The position numbers were made by a program, and so were the translations under genes. From Lachnospiraceae bacterium UBA1759 (lineage in GTDB: Bacteria; Bacillota; Clostridia; Lachnospirales; Lachnospiraceae), in the NCBI GenBank assembly GCA_002315555.1, contig DCHF01000030.1, positions 1,537 through 65,536 on the forward strand: DNA of 64,000 nucleotides, in the 5' to 3' direction. Positions 19,398 to 27,995 of the stretch are shown piece by piece. The notes beneath the pieces were generated by a model that saw nothing but the letters and a program-made list of their open reading frames with translations, did no database searches and had not been told where the DNA came from. Numbering within the stretch: the stretch's first letter is position 1; every line of letters starts with the position of its first letter.

Positions 19398-19444
19398 GGG
19401 GCTGCAAAAAACTCTGATTTCATTTATGCGTTTTTTGCAGCCCC
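19398..19444. terminator. Terminator hairpin after the MBL-fold gene
   Basis: GGGGCTGCAAAAAA (19398-19411) pairs perfectly with TTTTTTGCAGCCCC (19431-19444). 14-bp stem, 19-nt loop, A/T runs on both flanks. Confidence 0.6.
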
Positions 19445-19539
19445 GATTGTTTTGCATGAGTGGCTCTGTCATTGCCGTGACGGTAGCGTTTTTTATATGA
19501 AATATAAATATAATTTATATAAATGATGATAATAAATGC

Positions 19540-19568
19540 TTGACATTTATGATGCATCATAGTATTCT
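19540..19568 (+). promoter_or_regulatory. Candidate sigma-A promoter of the 19.7-30.6 kb operon
   Basis: TTGACA (19540-19545), 17 nt, TATTCT (19563-19568). It is preceded by a very AT-rich UP-like tract (19480-19538). Confidence 0.4.
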
Positions 19569-19596
19569 TTGAGCATACTAATTGACCGACCGAAAC

Positions 19597-19643
19597 AAAG
19601 GCGTTTCAAGACCGTTATGGTTTTTGAAACGCCTTTTTATTTT
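19597..19643 (+). terminator. Leader terminator (possible attenuator) between promoter and first gene
   Basis: AAAGGCGTTTCAA (19597-19609) pairs perfectly with TTGAAACGCCTTT (19624-19636). 13-bp stem followed by TTATTTT. It lies 39 nt upstream of the 19682 start. Confidence 0.6.
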
Positions 19644-19681
19644 GGCCGGAGTTCACTGAAAAGCACTAAGGAGGAGATGAA

Positions 19682-20764
19682 ATGTACAATTTCTATCACA
19701 GGGATGCATTTCCTGAAAAGTTCAATAAGGAAGAATGGCAGTTTTCAAGAAACTATCAGCGCAGTCTGGATCTGATGAAGGATTCTATCGACCTTCATGT
19801 GCATGCCGGCCCGCATCTTGTTTCCAGTCCCAGAAGCGTCAACCCGGTTCAGGCAGCAATAGAAGCGCGTGATGCGGGAATGAGAGCCATCGTATATATG
19901 TGTGTGTTTAACTGGAGTGTCGGTACATCCTGGATCGTCAACGAAGTGGTTCCCGGCTTTACATCCTACGGCGGCATCATTCTGAACACGGTCCTCGGCG
20001 GCATGAATCCACGTGCTGTCAAGACGGCGATCTACTACGGAGACGGTGCACGCTATGTATCCTTCGGTGCCCATTCGACGAAGTATCAGGCCGGTGTCGA
20101 GGGCCGTTATGTGGATGGAAAGTGGGTCAGACTGGTCGATCTCTATCCGGAATTTAAGACTGAAGAGTACGACCGCTGTATTGAGATCCCCACGTACGGA
20201 AAGCCCACGAAGGAATTTGATGACATCATGAAGATCGTTGCGGACAACCCGCAGGTCTATCTTGTTTCCGGTCACATCTCAAATCAGGAGGCCATGGACC
20301 TTTGCAAATATGCACAGGATTACGGTATCAAGAAGGTATTGCTCTCCAATGCGGTAACAGAGCATCTCAGTGAGAAGGAGATCGATCAGGCCATCAGCCT
20401 CGGAGCAAAGCTGGAAAAGTGTCTTGCAGAGCACACTCATACCGGTTCGATCCCGAAGACCCATTACTATGTTGAGCCTGAGTACTGTGCTTATGACGAA
20501 GGTCAGTCCGGCAGCCCCGAGGGCGGTGTATACCGAGCGGCACAACAGATGCAGAAATTCGGTGTCGAGAACTTCATCTGCGGCACGGACTTCGGTGTTT
20601 ATACACTGCCTCATCCGGTCGAAGGCTTCCGTGAATGGATCGCCTGCCTGATGGACTGCGGCTGGAGTGATGACGACATCCGTATGGTCACCTCGAAGAA
20701 CGCAGCAGCCATGCTGGACATCGATCTTAGCAAGCCTGCACCGACGATCATTACCGAGGTATAA
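19682..20764 (+). CDS. Amidohydrolase-fold (metal-dependent hydrolase) family protein, specific function unknown
   Basis: 360 aa. N-terminal DLHVHAGPH (H-x-H metal motif), later SGH, and C-terminal GTDFG (Asp ligand), arranged as in TIM-barrel amidohydrolases. RBS AAGGAGGAG. Confidence 0.65.
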   Translation: MYNFYHRDAFPEKFNKEEWQFSRNYQRSLDLMKDSIDLHVHAGPHLVSSPRSVNPVQAAIEARDAGMRAIVYMCVFNWSVGTSWIVNEVVPGFTSYGGIILNTVLGGMNPRAVKTAIYYGDGARYVSFGAHSTKYQAGVEGRYVDGKWVRLVDLYPEFKTEEYDRCIEIPTYGKPTKEFDDIMKIVADNPQVYLVSGHISNQEAMDLCKYAQDYGIKKVLLSNAVTEHLSEKEIDQAISLGAKLEKCLAEHTHTGSIPKTHYYVEPEYCAYDEGQSGSPEGGVYRAAQQMQKFGVENFICGTDFGVYTLPHPVEGFREWIACLMDCGWSDDDIRMVTSKNAAAMLDIDLSKPAPTIITEV

Positions 20765-20767
20765 GGA

Positions 20768-21241
20768 ATGAGAAAAATCAGATTGACATTTGTGGAAGAG
20801 GGCATCACCGCGATCGCGGTCCTTCTTGATGACAAGGCTCCGGAAACAGCCCAGCTGATCTGGGACATTCTTGAGACACCGATGGAGAATAAAGCGATCC
20901 ATGCCATGTATACAGGCAGAGAACTATCCTTTGGCGTTCCTGTCGAACGCGCAGAGGAGGCCAGAGTATTCGAGCTTCCGCCTGAGAACGTGACGATGTT
21001 TCCGCTCCCGGGGGCACTGATCTGGAATGCATATTCACCGTATCAATGGCTTGGAACACCGAATTCGGTTTATGATTTCGGCATTTTCTACGGTCCTGAG
21101 GCCAGGATCTTTTTACCGACCGGCTGGAGGCCGAGCAACCATTTCGGCGACATCGTCGAAAACCTGGAGGAGTTTGCAGCATGCTGTGCGCGCTGTCAGC
21201 GCGAGGGTATGAAGCTGATCCGTATTGAACGGGTCGAATAA
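20768..21241 (+). CDS. Small conserved hypothetical (resembles cyclophilin-like DUF3830, from memory)
   Basis: 157-aa ORF, 3 nt after the previous stop. N-terminal IRLTFVEEGITAIAVLLDDKAPETAQLIWD pattern. No catalytic motif recognised. Confidence 0.55.
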   Translation: MRKIRLTFVEEGITAIAVLLDDKAPETAQLIWDILETPMENKAIHAMYTGRELSFGVPVERAEEARVFELPPENVTMFPLPGALIWNAYSPYQWLGTPNSVYDFGIFYGPEARIFLPTGWRPSNHFGDIVENLEEFAACCARCQREGMKLIRIERVE

Positions 21242-21273
21242 TTTATGCGGAAACGCAGAGGAGGAGAAAAATT

Positions 21274-22326
21274 ATGAAAAAAGTATTAGCACTGGTTCTT
21301 TCTTGTGTCATGGTACTCTCGCTGATGGCTTGCGGTGCCGACACCAAGAAGGAAGAAACAACAACTGCGGCGACGACGGCAGCGGCTACCACTGCGGCAG
21401 AGACCGAAGCGGAGACCGACGCTGAAACCGAGGCAGAGACTGAAGCTTCTGCGGTCGTCTTTGAAAAGACCATCACCCTTGTCATTCCGTATGCAGCAGG
21501 CGGCGGTATCTACAATGCGGCGATGCTTCTTGTCGGCAGGGCCGGCGAGATCCTCGGTCAGACGATCAATGTCGTCTGCATGGAAGGCAACGGCGGTCAG
21601 GAAGGTATCGAGTATGTTTATAATCAGGATTCCGATGGTTATACGCTTCTTGCTACTGACTACGGCCCGCTGATCTCCACCGCAATTGAAGAAGAAGTAA
21701 TTTATGAGCTTGATGAGTTCACCCCGATCATGGAGATGACCACCACGATTCCGACCTTCTTTGTCAAAGCTGACAGCCCCTATCAGACGATGGAAGAACT
21801 GATTCAGGCTGCAATCGATAATCCGGGCACCATTTCCGTAGGTCACGGCAAGTATCATTCCGTTCCGCATCTTCCGCTGATCCTTCTTGAGGAAGTATCC
21901 GGTGCGGACTTCAATGAAGTGCCGACCTCCGGTGGTTCCGAGGCAAAGCAGTTCGTTCTCGGCGGCTCCGTTGATGCCGGCGCATCTGTTCCGTCCACTG
22001 TTGCGGGTGAGGTTGAGGAAGGCCTTCTCCGTGTACTGGCAGTTGCCTGCGATGAGAGAATCGAGCAGTTCCCCGATGTCCCGACGCTGAAGGAGCTTGG
22101 CTATGAGGTGTCCATGCCCGCATGGTATTCCATCTTCTCCAAGAGCGATGTTCCGGAGGCTGTCCGTGCAGCGATCGAAGCCGCATTTGTTGCAGCAGCA
22201 AACGATCCTGATGTCCTTGCAGCAGCAGCTGAGGCAAACATCGTTCTGACCGGTACCGGCAGTGAGGATTGCCTTGCAGCATACAACACCACAATCGAGA
22301 ATCTTACCACGTTATTAGGTGAGTAA
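21274..22326 (+). CDS. tctC: Tripartite tricarboxylate transporter substrate-binding lipoprotein (TctC/Bug family)
   Basis: Signal peptide with lipobox LMAC, then a T/A/E-rich linker. The mature part starts ITLVIPYAAGGG, the hallmark TctC motif. Confidence 0.85.
   Translation: MKKVLALVLSCVMVLSLMACGADTKKEETTTAATTAAATTAAETEAETDAETEAETEASAVVFEKTITLVIPYAAGGGIYNAAMLLVGRAGEILGQTINVVCMEGNGGQEGIEYVYNQDSDGYTLLATDYGPLISTAIEEEVIYELDEFTPIMEMTTTIPTFFVKADSPYQTMEELIQAAIDNPGTISVGHGKYHSVPHLPLILLEEVSGADFNEVPTSGGSEAKQFVLGGSVDAGASVPSTVAGEVEEGLLRVLAVACDERIEQFPDVPTLKELGYEVSMPAWYSIFSKSDVPEAVRAAIEAAFVAAANDPDVLAAAAEANIVLTGTGSEDCLAAYNTTIENLTTLLGE
21400..21447 (+). repeat. Four tandem 12-nt units encoding ETEA/ETDA/ETEA/ETEA in the TctC linker
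   Basis: gagaccgaagcg / gagaccgacgct / gaaaccgaggca / gagactgaagct, read directly. In frame, and preceded by a T/A-rich stretch (TTTAATTAAATTAA). Confidence 0.85.
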
Positions 22327-22356
22327 CTACTCAAAACAGATCATATAGGATGAACC

Positions 22357-22390
22357 ATGGTGGCGGTATTCTCACACATACCGCCATCAT
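22357..22390 (+). promoter_or_regulatory. Intercistronic stem-loop between tctC and tctA
   Basis: ATGGTGGCGGTAT (22357-22369) pairs with ATACCGCCATCAT (22378-22390). 13-bp stem with one mismatch and an 8-nt loop, no U-tract. This is the classic position for a stabiliser that raises SBP:permease mRNA ratios. Confidence 0.5.
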
Positions 22391-22435
22391 GTTTATGAGG
22401 AGCTTTTTCTGTCTCCCTTCCAAGGAGGATTATCT

Positions 22436-23989
22436 ATGGAGATCACACAGGTATTAAGCCAGGCTTTCAGTACAGCCTTTGCACCGATGACACTGCTCTA
22501 TGCGTTTATCGGTGTTGCACTGGGTGTTACTGTAGGCGCGATCCCGGGACTTACCGGAGACATGGCGATTTCGATCCTTCTTCCGTTTGTGTTCAAGGTT
22601 AATCCGACGATGTCCCTGGGACTTCTGATCGGTATCTACAAGGGCAGCATGTTTGGCGGAAGTATTTCTGCGATTTCATTCGGTGTTCCAGGAACGCCTG
22701 CCGCAGCGGCTACAGTTGAGGATGGTTATCCCCTGGCAAAAAAGGGACGCCCGATGCAGGCGATGCTTCAGGCACTGTATTCCTCATTTACAGGTGACCT
22801 GATCTCGTCCATTCTGCTGGTGTTTCTGACGATTCCCATGGGCCAGATCGCGATTCAGTTCGGTCCCACCGAATTCTTTGCACTCTATGTATTCTCAATC
22901 GTCGTCATTGCGATCCTGAATCGCGACAACCGTGTAAAGGGTCTTATGGCTGCGGTATTCGGCATTTTTATCGGCTGTATAGGTTCGGACCCCGTTGCCG
23001 GTGCCAGCCGCATGACTTTTGGCATCAGCATGTTCCGCGGTGGCTTCAAGACGGTCCCGGTGCTTGTCGGTACCTTTGCAATCAGCGAGTTGATCATTCA
23101 GTTTTCAAACGCCTATGCGGACAAGGTCCTGTTCAAACTCGGCAAGGCAAAGGAACGCATGGAATTTGAACTGAAGAAAAACAAAGAGGATCGCTATACG
23201 ATCCGCCATTACTGGAACACACTGAAGTGTACGGTCATCGGCTCGATCATCGGCACGATCATCGGCATTCTTCCGGGTGCGGGCTCCTCGATCGCCTGCT
23301 ATTTAAGCTATGGTATCGGCCGAAGTGTCTCGAAGGATGGTGACAAATTCGGAACCGGTGTACTCAACGGCGTTGCTGCCCCGGAAGCAGGAAACTCCGC
23401 GACCTGCGGTGCATCTGTCATTCCGCTCCTTGCATTCGGTATCCCAGGCAGTGCGACGGCAGCGTTGATCGGTGCTGCGCTCACCATGCAGGGCATCAAT
23501 CCCGGTCCGACGATGTTCAAGTCCAATCAGGTCATTATTTATGCATTCTTCATCATCGTACTCTATGCGAGCTTCTTTAATCTTGGCATCAGCCGTCTTC
23601 TGATCCCGGTCTACGCTAAGATCAGTAAGCTAAAGGCAAAGTATCTGATCCCAATCATTTTTGTGCTTGCGATCCTCGGCTGCTATACAACGGATAACTC
23701 GGTTGCCAACGTCTTTGTCATGCTGATTTTCGGTGTTGTCGGTGTTATCCTCAGAAAACTCCGTGTTCCTCTTGGTCCGTTTATTCTGGGCTATCTGATC
23801 GGACCAAGCGCAGAGCGTGCGCTTCGTCAGGCGTTGAACCTCAGCGGCAACAACGTAATGATACTTTTCAAGCGGCCGATCGCGATCGGTTTCTATGTTG
23901 CCACCGTCGTGTTTATTGGCATCATTCTTTACACCTTCAGAAAGAATAAAGCCACATTGGATAAGGGGGCACATTCAGATGACGAATAA
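22436..23989 (+). CDS. tctA: Tripartite tricarboxylate transporter large permease (TctA family)
   Basis: 517-aa polytopic membrane protein. G-rich motifs (GAIPGLTG, GILPGAGSS, FGIPGSATAA) are typical of TctA. Confidence 0.9.
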   Translation: MEITQVLSQAFSTAFAPMTLLYAFIGVALGVTVGAIPGLTGDMAISILLPFVFKVNPTMSLGLLIGIYKGSMFGGSISAISFGVPGTPAAAATVEDGYPLAKKGRPMQAMLQALYSSFTGDLISSILLVFLTIPMGQIAIQFGPTEFFALYVFSIVVIAILNRDNRVKGLMAAVFGIFIGCIGSDPVAGASRMTFGISMFRGGFKTVPVLVGTFAISELIIQFSNAYADKVLFKLGKAKERMEFELKKNKEDRYTIRHYWNTLKCTVIGSIIGTIIGILPGAGSSIACYLSYGIGRSVSKDGDKFGTGVLNGVAAPEAGNSATCGASVIPLLAFGIPGSATAALIGAALTMQGINPGPTMFKSNQVIIYAFFIIVLYASFFNLGISRLLIPVYAKISKLKAKYLIPIIFVLAILGCYTTDNSVANVFVMLIFGVVGVILRKLRVPLGPFILGYLIGPSAERALRQALNLSGNNVMILFKRPIAIGFYVATVVFIGIILYTFRKNKATLDKGAHSDDE

Positions 23990-24470
23990 AAAGAAAAAAG
24001 CAGGGATCACCAATATCAGGAATATCGTGCTCAGTGCGGCCATGCTGCTCATCAGTGTCGGAGGTTACCTGTATACCTATTTCGGAAGCGGATGGAGCAA
24101 GAAAACGGGCGAGGCTGCAAAAATGTTTCCCCGAATCGTTTTGATCCTTCTTGCGATCATTGCTGTCGTGCTGATTTTGAAGGAACTTTCCGGCAGAGCG
24201 GACCCGGAACCCGCAGCCATTACCGTGGTAAAATTCTGGCAGGTAATTCTGATGATCGCCCTGACCTCACTGTTCTTTCTGTTTGTCATTCATGTCGGCG
24301 TTGCCTCCGGTATCCTGATCTTTCTGGTAGTGATGATCGCTCTGTTTGATGAAGAACTCAGGAAAAACTGGTATAAGGATCTGATCGTGGCGGTCGTTGC
24401 GACAGGCGTGCTGTATCTGATCTTTATGAAAGTGCTTCCGATCATCCGTCTGCACTCGGTCATTATCTGA
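23979..24470 (+). CDS. tctB: Tripartite tricarboxylate transporter small subunit (TctB-like)
   Basis: ATG 23979 overlaps the tctA stop by 11 nt. 163 aa with 4 predicted TM helices. Assigned by position and size; the sequence family itself is weakly conserved. Confidence 0.65.
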   Translation: MTNKKKKAGITNIRNIVLSAAMLLISVGGYLYTYFGSGWSKKTGEAAKMFPRIVLILLAIIAVVLILKELSGRADPEPAAITVVKFWQVILMIALTSLFFLFVIHVGVASGILIFLVVMIALFDEELRKNWYKDLIVAVVATGVLYLIFMKVLPIIRLHSVII

Positions 24471-24508
24471 CAGAGAATCGCGAGGAGCGACCGGTTGAAG
24501 GGAGACCT

Positions 24509-25690
24509 ATGATGGTACATGAAAGAATAAAGGAAGGCATGCTTCGTATTGCAGCGATCGGTACGCACGAGAACGGAGGGACAAACAGAGTATTCGGCTC
24601 AGAGAATTTCTCAGCCGGGCAGAAGGAGGTACTTCGCTATTTTGAGGAGTGCGGACTGGAAACCGAGATCGACACGGTGGGAAATGTACATGGGATCCTA
24701 AGATCTTCGGAGAGCGATGAGGAAATTTGGATCGGTTCTCACATCGATACCGTGGTCAACGGCGGCATCTATGACGGACTGCTTGGTGTCATTGCCGGCG
24801 CGGAGTGTCTGAGAGAGATCGGAAAGAGTGGGAGCAGACTGAAAAAAACACTCCATCTCGTGGGGACAAACGGTGAAGAGGGTAATGCCATGGGGGGCAC
24901 CTTCGGAAGCCGTGCCATGATGGGACTTCTTCCGACAGAGGATCCGGAGTATCTGAAGACCGGAGCGGAATTCGGCTATTCGAAAGAGGCTCTTCTACAA
25001 GCTTCCGGGGGAACGGAAAAGGCCCGGTGCTATCTCGAGCTTCACATCGAACAGGGGCCGACATTAGATACGGAAGGCGATCAGATCGGCATTGTCACTG
25101 GGATCGTAGGGCTTCGGCGCTACAGAGTGACTGTTCACGGTGTCTCCAACCATTCTGGAACGACCATGATGAAGGATCGGAATGATGCGCTCGTTTCTGC
25201 TGCCCGCGTGATCCTGACGGGGGACCGCATAGCGAAAGAAATTGGAAACAATTTTGTGGAAACGGTGAGCCTTCTTACACTGTATCCCGCTTCGGCAGCA
25301 GTCATCCCCGAGAAGGTGGTGATGACGCTGGAGATCAGAAACGAAGATGAGGCGCTCATGGACCGTTTCATGCAGTGGTACAGCACCGAGATCCGCGAGA
25401 TCGCAGACTGTGAGATCGAGCCTCTCGTATCGAAGGCACCGGTCAGCTGCGACGAAAGTCTGGTGGTGATGCTGACAGAGATCTGTGAGGAGCAAAAGCT
25501 CAGATACCGGATCATGCCAAGCGGAGCCACCCATGACGGAAATGCAATGGCAATGAAAATGCCGATCGGGATGATCTTCATACCGAGCGTCCGGGGAATC
25601 AGTCATTCTCCGGAGGAGTACACCTCGTGGGAGGATGTTTACAGGGGCGCGGATGTCCTGTATGAGGCAATCCGCAGACTGGCACTGTGA
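24509..25690 (+). CDS. M20-family amidase of the allantoate amidohydrolase / N-carbamoyl-L-amino-acid hydrolase type
   Basis: 393 aa. GGTNRVFGSE..., DTVGNVHG, IWIGSHIDTVVNGGIYDGLLGV, EEG and SGATHD blocks. ATG 24512 is an alternative start. Confidence 0.85.
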   Translation: MMVHERIKEGMLRIAAIGTHENGGTNRVFGSENFSAGQKEVLRYFEECGLETEIDTVGNVHGILRSSESDEEIWIGSHIDTVVNGGIYDGLLGVIAGAECLREIGKSGSRLKKTLHLVGTNGEEGNAMGGTFGSRAMMGLLPTEDPEYLKTGAEFGYSKEALLQASGGTEKARCYLELHIEQGPTLDTEGDQIGIVTGIVGLRRYRVTVHGVSNHSGTTMMKDRNDALVSAARVILTGDRIAKEIGNNFVETVSLLTLYPASAAVIPEKVVMTLEIRNEDEALMDRFMQWYSTEIREIADCEIEPLVSKAPVSCDESLVVMLTEICEEQKLRYRIMPSGATHDGNAMAMKMPIGMIFIPSVRGISHSPEEYTSWEDVYRGADVLYEAIRRLAL

Positions 25691-25707
25691 TGTTTTGGAG
25701 ATGAATT

Positions 25708-27018
25708 ATGAAGTTATGTGAAGCGGACAGTAGGGAACTGTGTGAACAACTGGAGGAACTGAACAAGAGTTACAACGACTATAAGGCCATGAAGCTGGAA
25801 CTGAATATCAGCCGGGGACTTCCGAATGAGCAGCAGCTCGATCTGAACGACGGGCTGTTTCATGTGCTGGATGAGACCAACTGCACGGCTGCAGATGGCA
25901 CGGACTGCCGTCAGTACGGGGTGAAATACGGCCTTCCGGAGTGCATCCATCTGTTTTCCGAGCTGATCGAGGTACCGGACGAGCAGATTGTTTTAGGCGG
26001 TGAGTCCTCGCTGAATCTCATGTACGATCAGTTTATGAGGATCTATGCCTTCGGTACATGCAAAGAAGAGCCCTGGGCGGTCCAACAGGCAAAACTTGGG
26101 GCGCAGGGCGAAAAATTGAAATGGATCTGTCTTGTACCGGGCTATGACTGTCATTTTAACATCACAGAAGCATTGGATTTCGAGATGATCAGCGTCCCGC
26201 TTTTAGGTGACGGACCGGACATGGACATGATCGAGACCCTTGTCAGGGAGGACGAGACGATCAAGGGAATCTGGTGTGTCCCGCAGTATTCGAACCCGAC
26301 AGGAACAGTCTACAGCGACGATGTCGTGCGCAGGCTGGCATCGCTTCAGACTGCGGCAAAGGATTTCATGATCTTCTGGGACAACGCCTATGTGGTCCAT
26401 CATTTTTACCTTGAGGGATATGAGAAAAACATCGTACTGAACATTCTTGAAGAAGCGAAAAAGTACGGGAAAGAGGATCACATTCTGTATTTCTCCTCGA
26501 CTGCCAAGATCACATTCCCGGGCTCCGGCGTCTGCGCAGTTGCATCCGGAGCGAACACGGTGGAAGAGATCAAACGCTGCTATAATCTGCAGCTCTTCAG
26601 TAAGGACAAGCTGAATCAGCTCCGCCATGTGCTCTATCTCAAGAATAAGGAAAACATTGTGGAGCACATGAAGGCTGTCGCAGCTCTTCTGGTGCCCCGC
26701 TTTGAGCTGGTTGACGGGATCCTCAAGGATCATGTCCTGTATGAGGATGTCTGTACCTGGAATGTTCCGGAGGGCGGCTATTTCATCACGGCATACACGA
26801 TGAAGGGCTGCGCCGAGAAAGCACTCGCACTCGCTGAGGCAGCGGGCGTCAAGGTGGCGACGGCTGCCTCTACCTACCCTTATCACCGGGATCCGGCGGA
26901 CAGCGTGGTGCGTTTGGCACCGACCTACCCGCCCATGGAGGAGCTGGATACCGCGATGCACCTGTTCTGTGTCTGCATCAACATTGCAGCGATCGAGAAG
27001 GAACTGGAGGCGCGATAA
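25708..27018 (+). CDS. PLP-dependent aminotransferase (fold type I)
   Basis: 436 aa. NPTG (QYSNPTGTVY), WDNAY and the SSTAKITFPGSG lysine block. Confidence 0.75.
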   Translation: MKLCEADSRELCEQLEELNKSYNDYKAMKLELNISRGLPNEQQLDLNDGLFHVLDETNCTAADGTDCRQYGVKYGLPECIHLFSELIEVPDEQIVLGGESSLNLMYDQFMRIYAFGTCKEEPWAVQQAKLGAQGEKLKWICLVPGYDCHFNITEALDFEMISVPLLGDGPDMDMIETLVREDETIKGIWCVPQYSNPTGTVYSDDVVRRLASLQTAAKDFMIFWDNAYVVHHFYLEGYEKNIVLNILEEAKKYGKEDHILYFSSTAKITFPGSGVCAVASGANTVEEIKRCYNLQLFSKDKLNQLRHVLYLKNKENIVEHMKAVAALLVPRFELVDGILKDHVLYEDVCTWNVPEGGYFITAYTMKGCAEKALALAEAAGVKVATAASTYPYHRDPADSVVRLAPTYPPMEELDTAMHLFCVCINIAAIEKELEAR

Positions 27019-27019
27019 G

Positions 27020-27985
27020 ATGAAAAAGATCCTTTGTAATGCTCTGTATGAGCATCTGCTTGGTGAGGAGTACCGTGACCGGATCCTGTTTCTGGACAAT
27101 GAAGCCTGTGACAGGGCCGGTGAAGGGCATGATCTCTCAGAAATCGAGCTGGCAGTGATGCAGCCCTTCTATTTTAACAGGAGGTTCCTGGAACGCATGC
27201 CGAACCTGAAGATCGCACAGATCACGGGTGCCGGGTATGACAGAGTCGATACCGCGGAGCTGAAAGAAAGAGGCATCACACTTCTCAATACCAGAGGCGT
27301 TATGTCCGTCTCCATTGCGGAGGATGTGTTCTCAAAGTTGTTATTCTTCAGCCGCAGGATCCGCTATGTGGAGGAGGACAGAAAGCTCCACCGCTGGGAC
27401 GGCGTCTCAAGGGGACAGGACCAGTGGATGTGTTCCTGTTACTGCGATCTCTACGGAAAAACGATTGGAATCATGGGCTACGGCTCCATCGGACATGAGA
27501 TTGGAAAACGAGCAAAGGCCTTTGGCATGAAGCTGTTCGTTTATGATGTATTCGGACAGAAGGATGAGTACATTGATGAATGCTTTATTGGAAAGACGAA
27601 GCTAAAGGAATTCTACAGTGCCTGTGACTATATTGTTGTCAGCATTCCTCTGAACGCGGAGACAAGGCACATGATCAATGAGGAAGCGTTGAAAATGATG
27701 AAGAAGAGCTGCGTGCTCATCAATGTGGCCCGAGGGCCGCTTGTCGACACGGAGGCCCTGGTCGAGGCGCTGTCAAAGGGGACGATCGCTGCTGCTGCAA
27801 TCGATGTCTATGAGGAAGAGCCTCTTCCCGCAGACAGCGCACTCTGGGACGTGGAAAATCTCTTTATGAGTTCGCATAAGGCAGGAATGGGCGATACATG
27901 GAAGGTTTTTATCGGTGAACTGATCATGAGGAACATCGATCATTATGAAAAGAAAGAAACGCTTGAAAACGTGATAGCGCTGTGA
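27020..27985 (+). CDS. D-isomer-specific 2-hydroxyacid dehydrogenase (NAD-binding)
   Basis: ATG 27020 lies 1 nt after the previous stop, so the track's upstream extension overlaps it. GIMGYGSIGHEIG dinucleotide fold, NVARG, and the D..E..P and SSHKAG catalytic His region. Confidence 0.85.
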   Translation: MKKILCNALYEHLLGEEYRDRILFLDNEACDRAGEGHDLSEIELAVMQPFYFNRRFLERMPNLKIAQITGAGYDRVDTAELKERGITLLNTRGVMSVSIAEDVFSKLLFFSRRIRYVEEDRKLHRWDGVSRGQDQWMCSCYCDLYGKTIGIMGYGSIGHEIGKRAKAFGMKLFVYDVFGQKDEYIDECFIGKTKLKEFYSACDYIVVSIPLNAETRHMINEEALKMMKKSCVLINVARGPLVDTEALVEALSKGTIAAAAIDVYEEEPLPADSALWDVENLFMSSHKAGMGDTWKVFIGELIMRNIDHYEKKETLENVIAL

Positions 27986-27995
27986 GGGGAATGAT

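Noticed and set aside
19569-19775. A 68-aa ORF spanning the operon leader, considered as a possible leader peptide.
   Set aside because: It has no RBS, starts before the terminator hairpin, reads through it, and overlaps the first real gene out of frame. Nothing suggests it is translated.
21335-21450. Short-period tandem repeats here and at 53085-53120 and 62821-62889, considered as CRISPR-like or minisatellite arrays.
   Set aside because: The units are 12-23 nt with at most 4 copies and no spacer-like unique segments, and no cas genes are present. The first is an in-frame protein linker and the others are promoter-proximal repeats.
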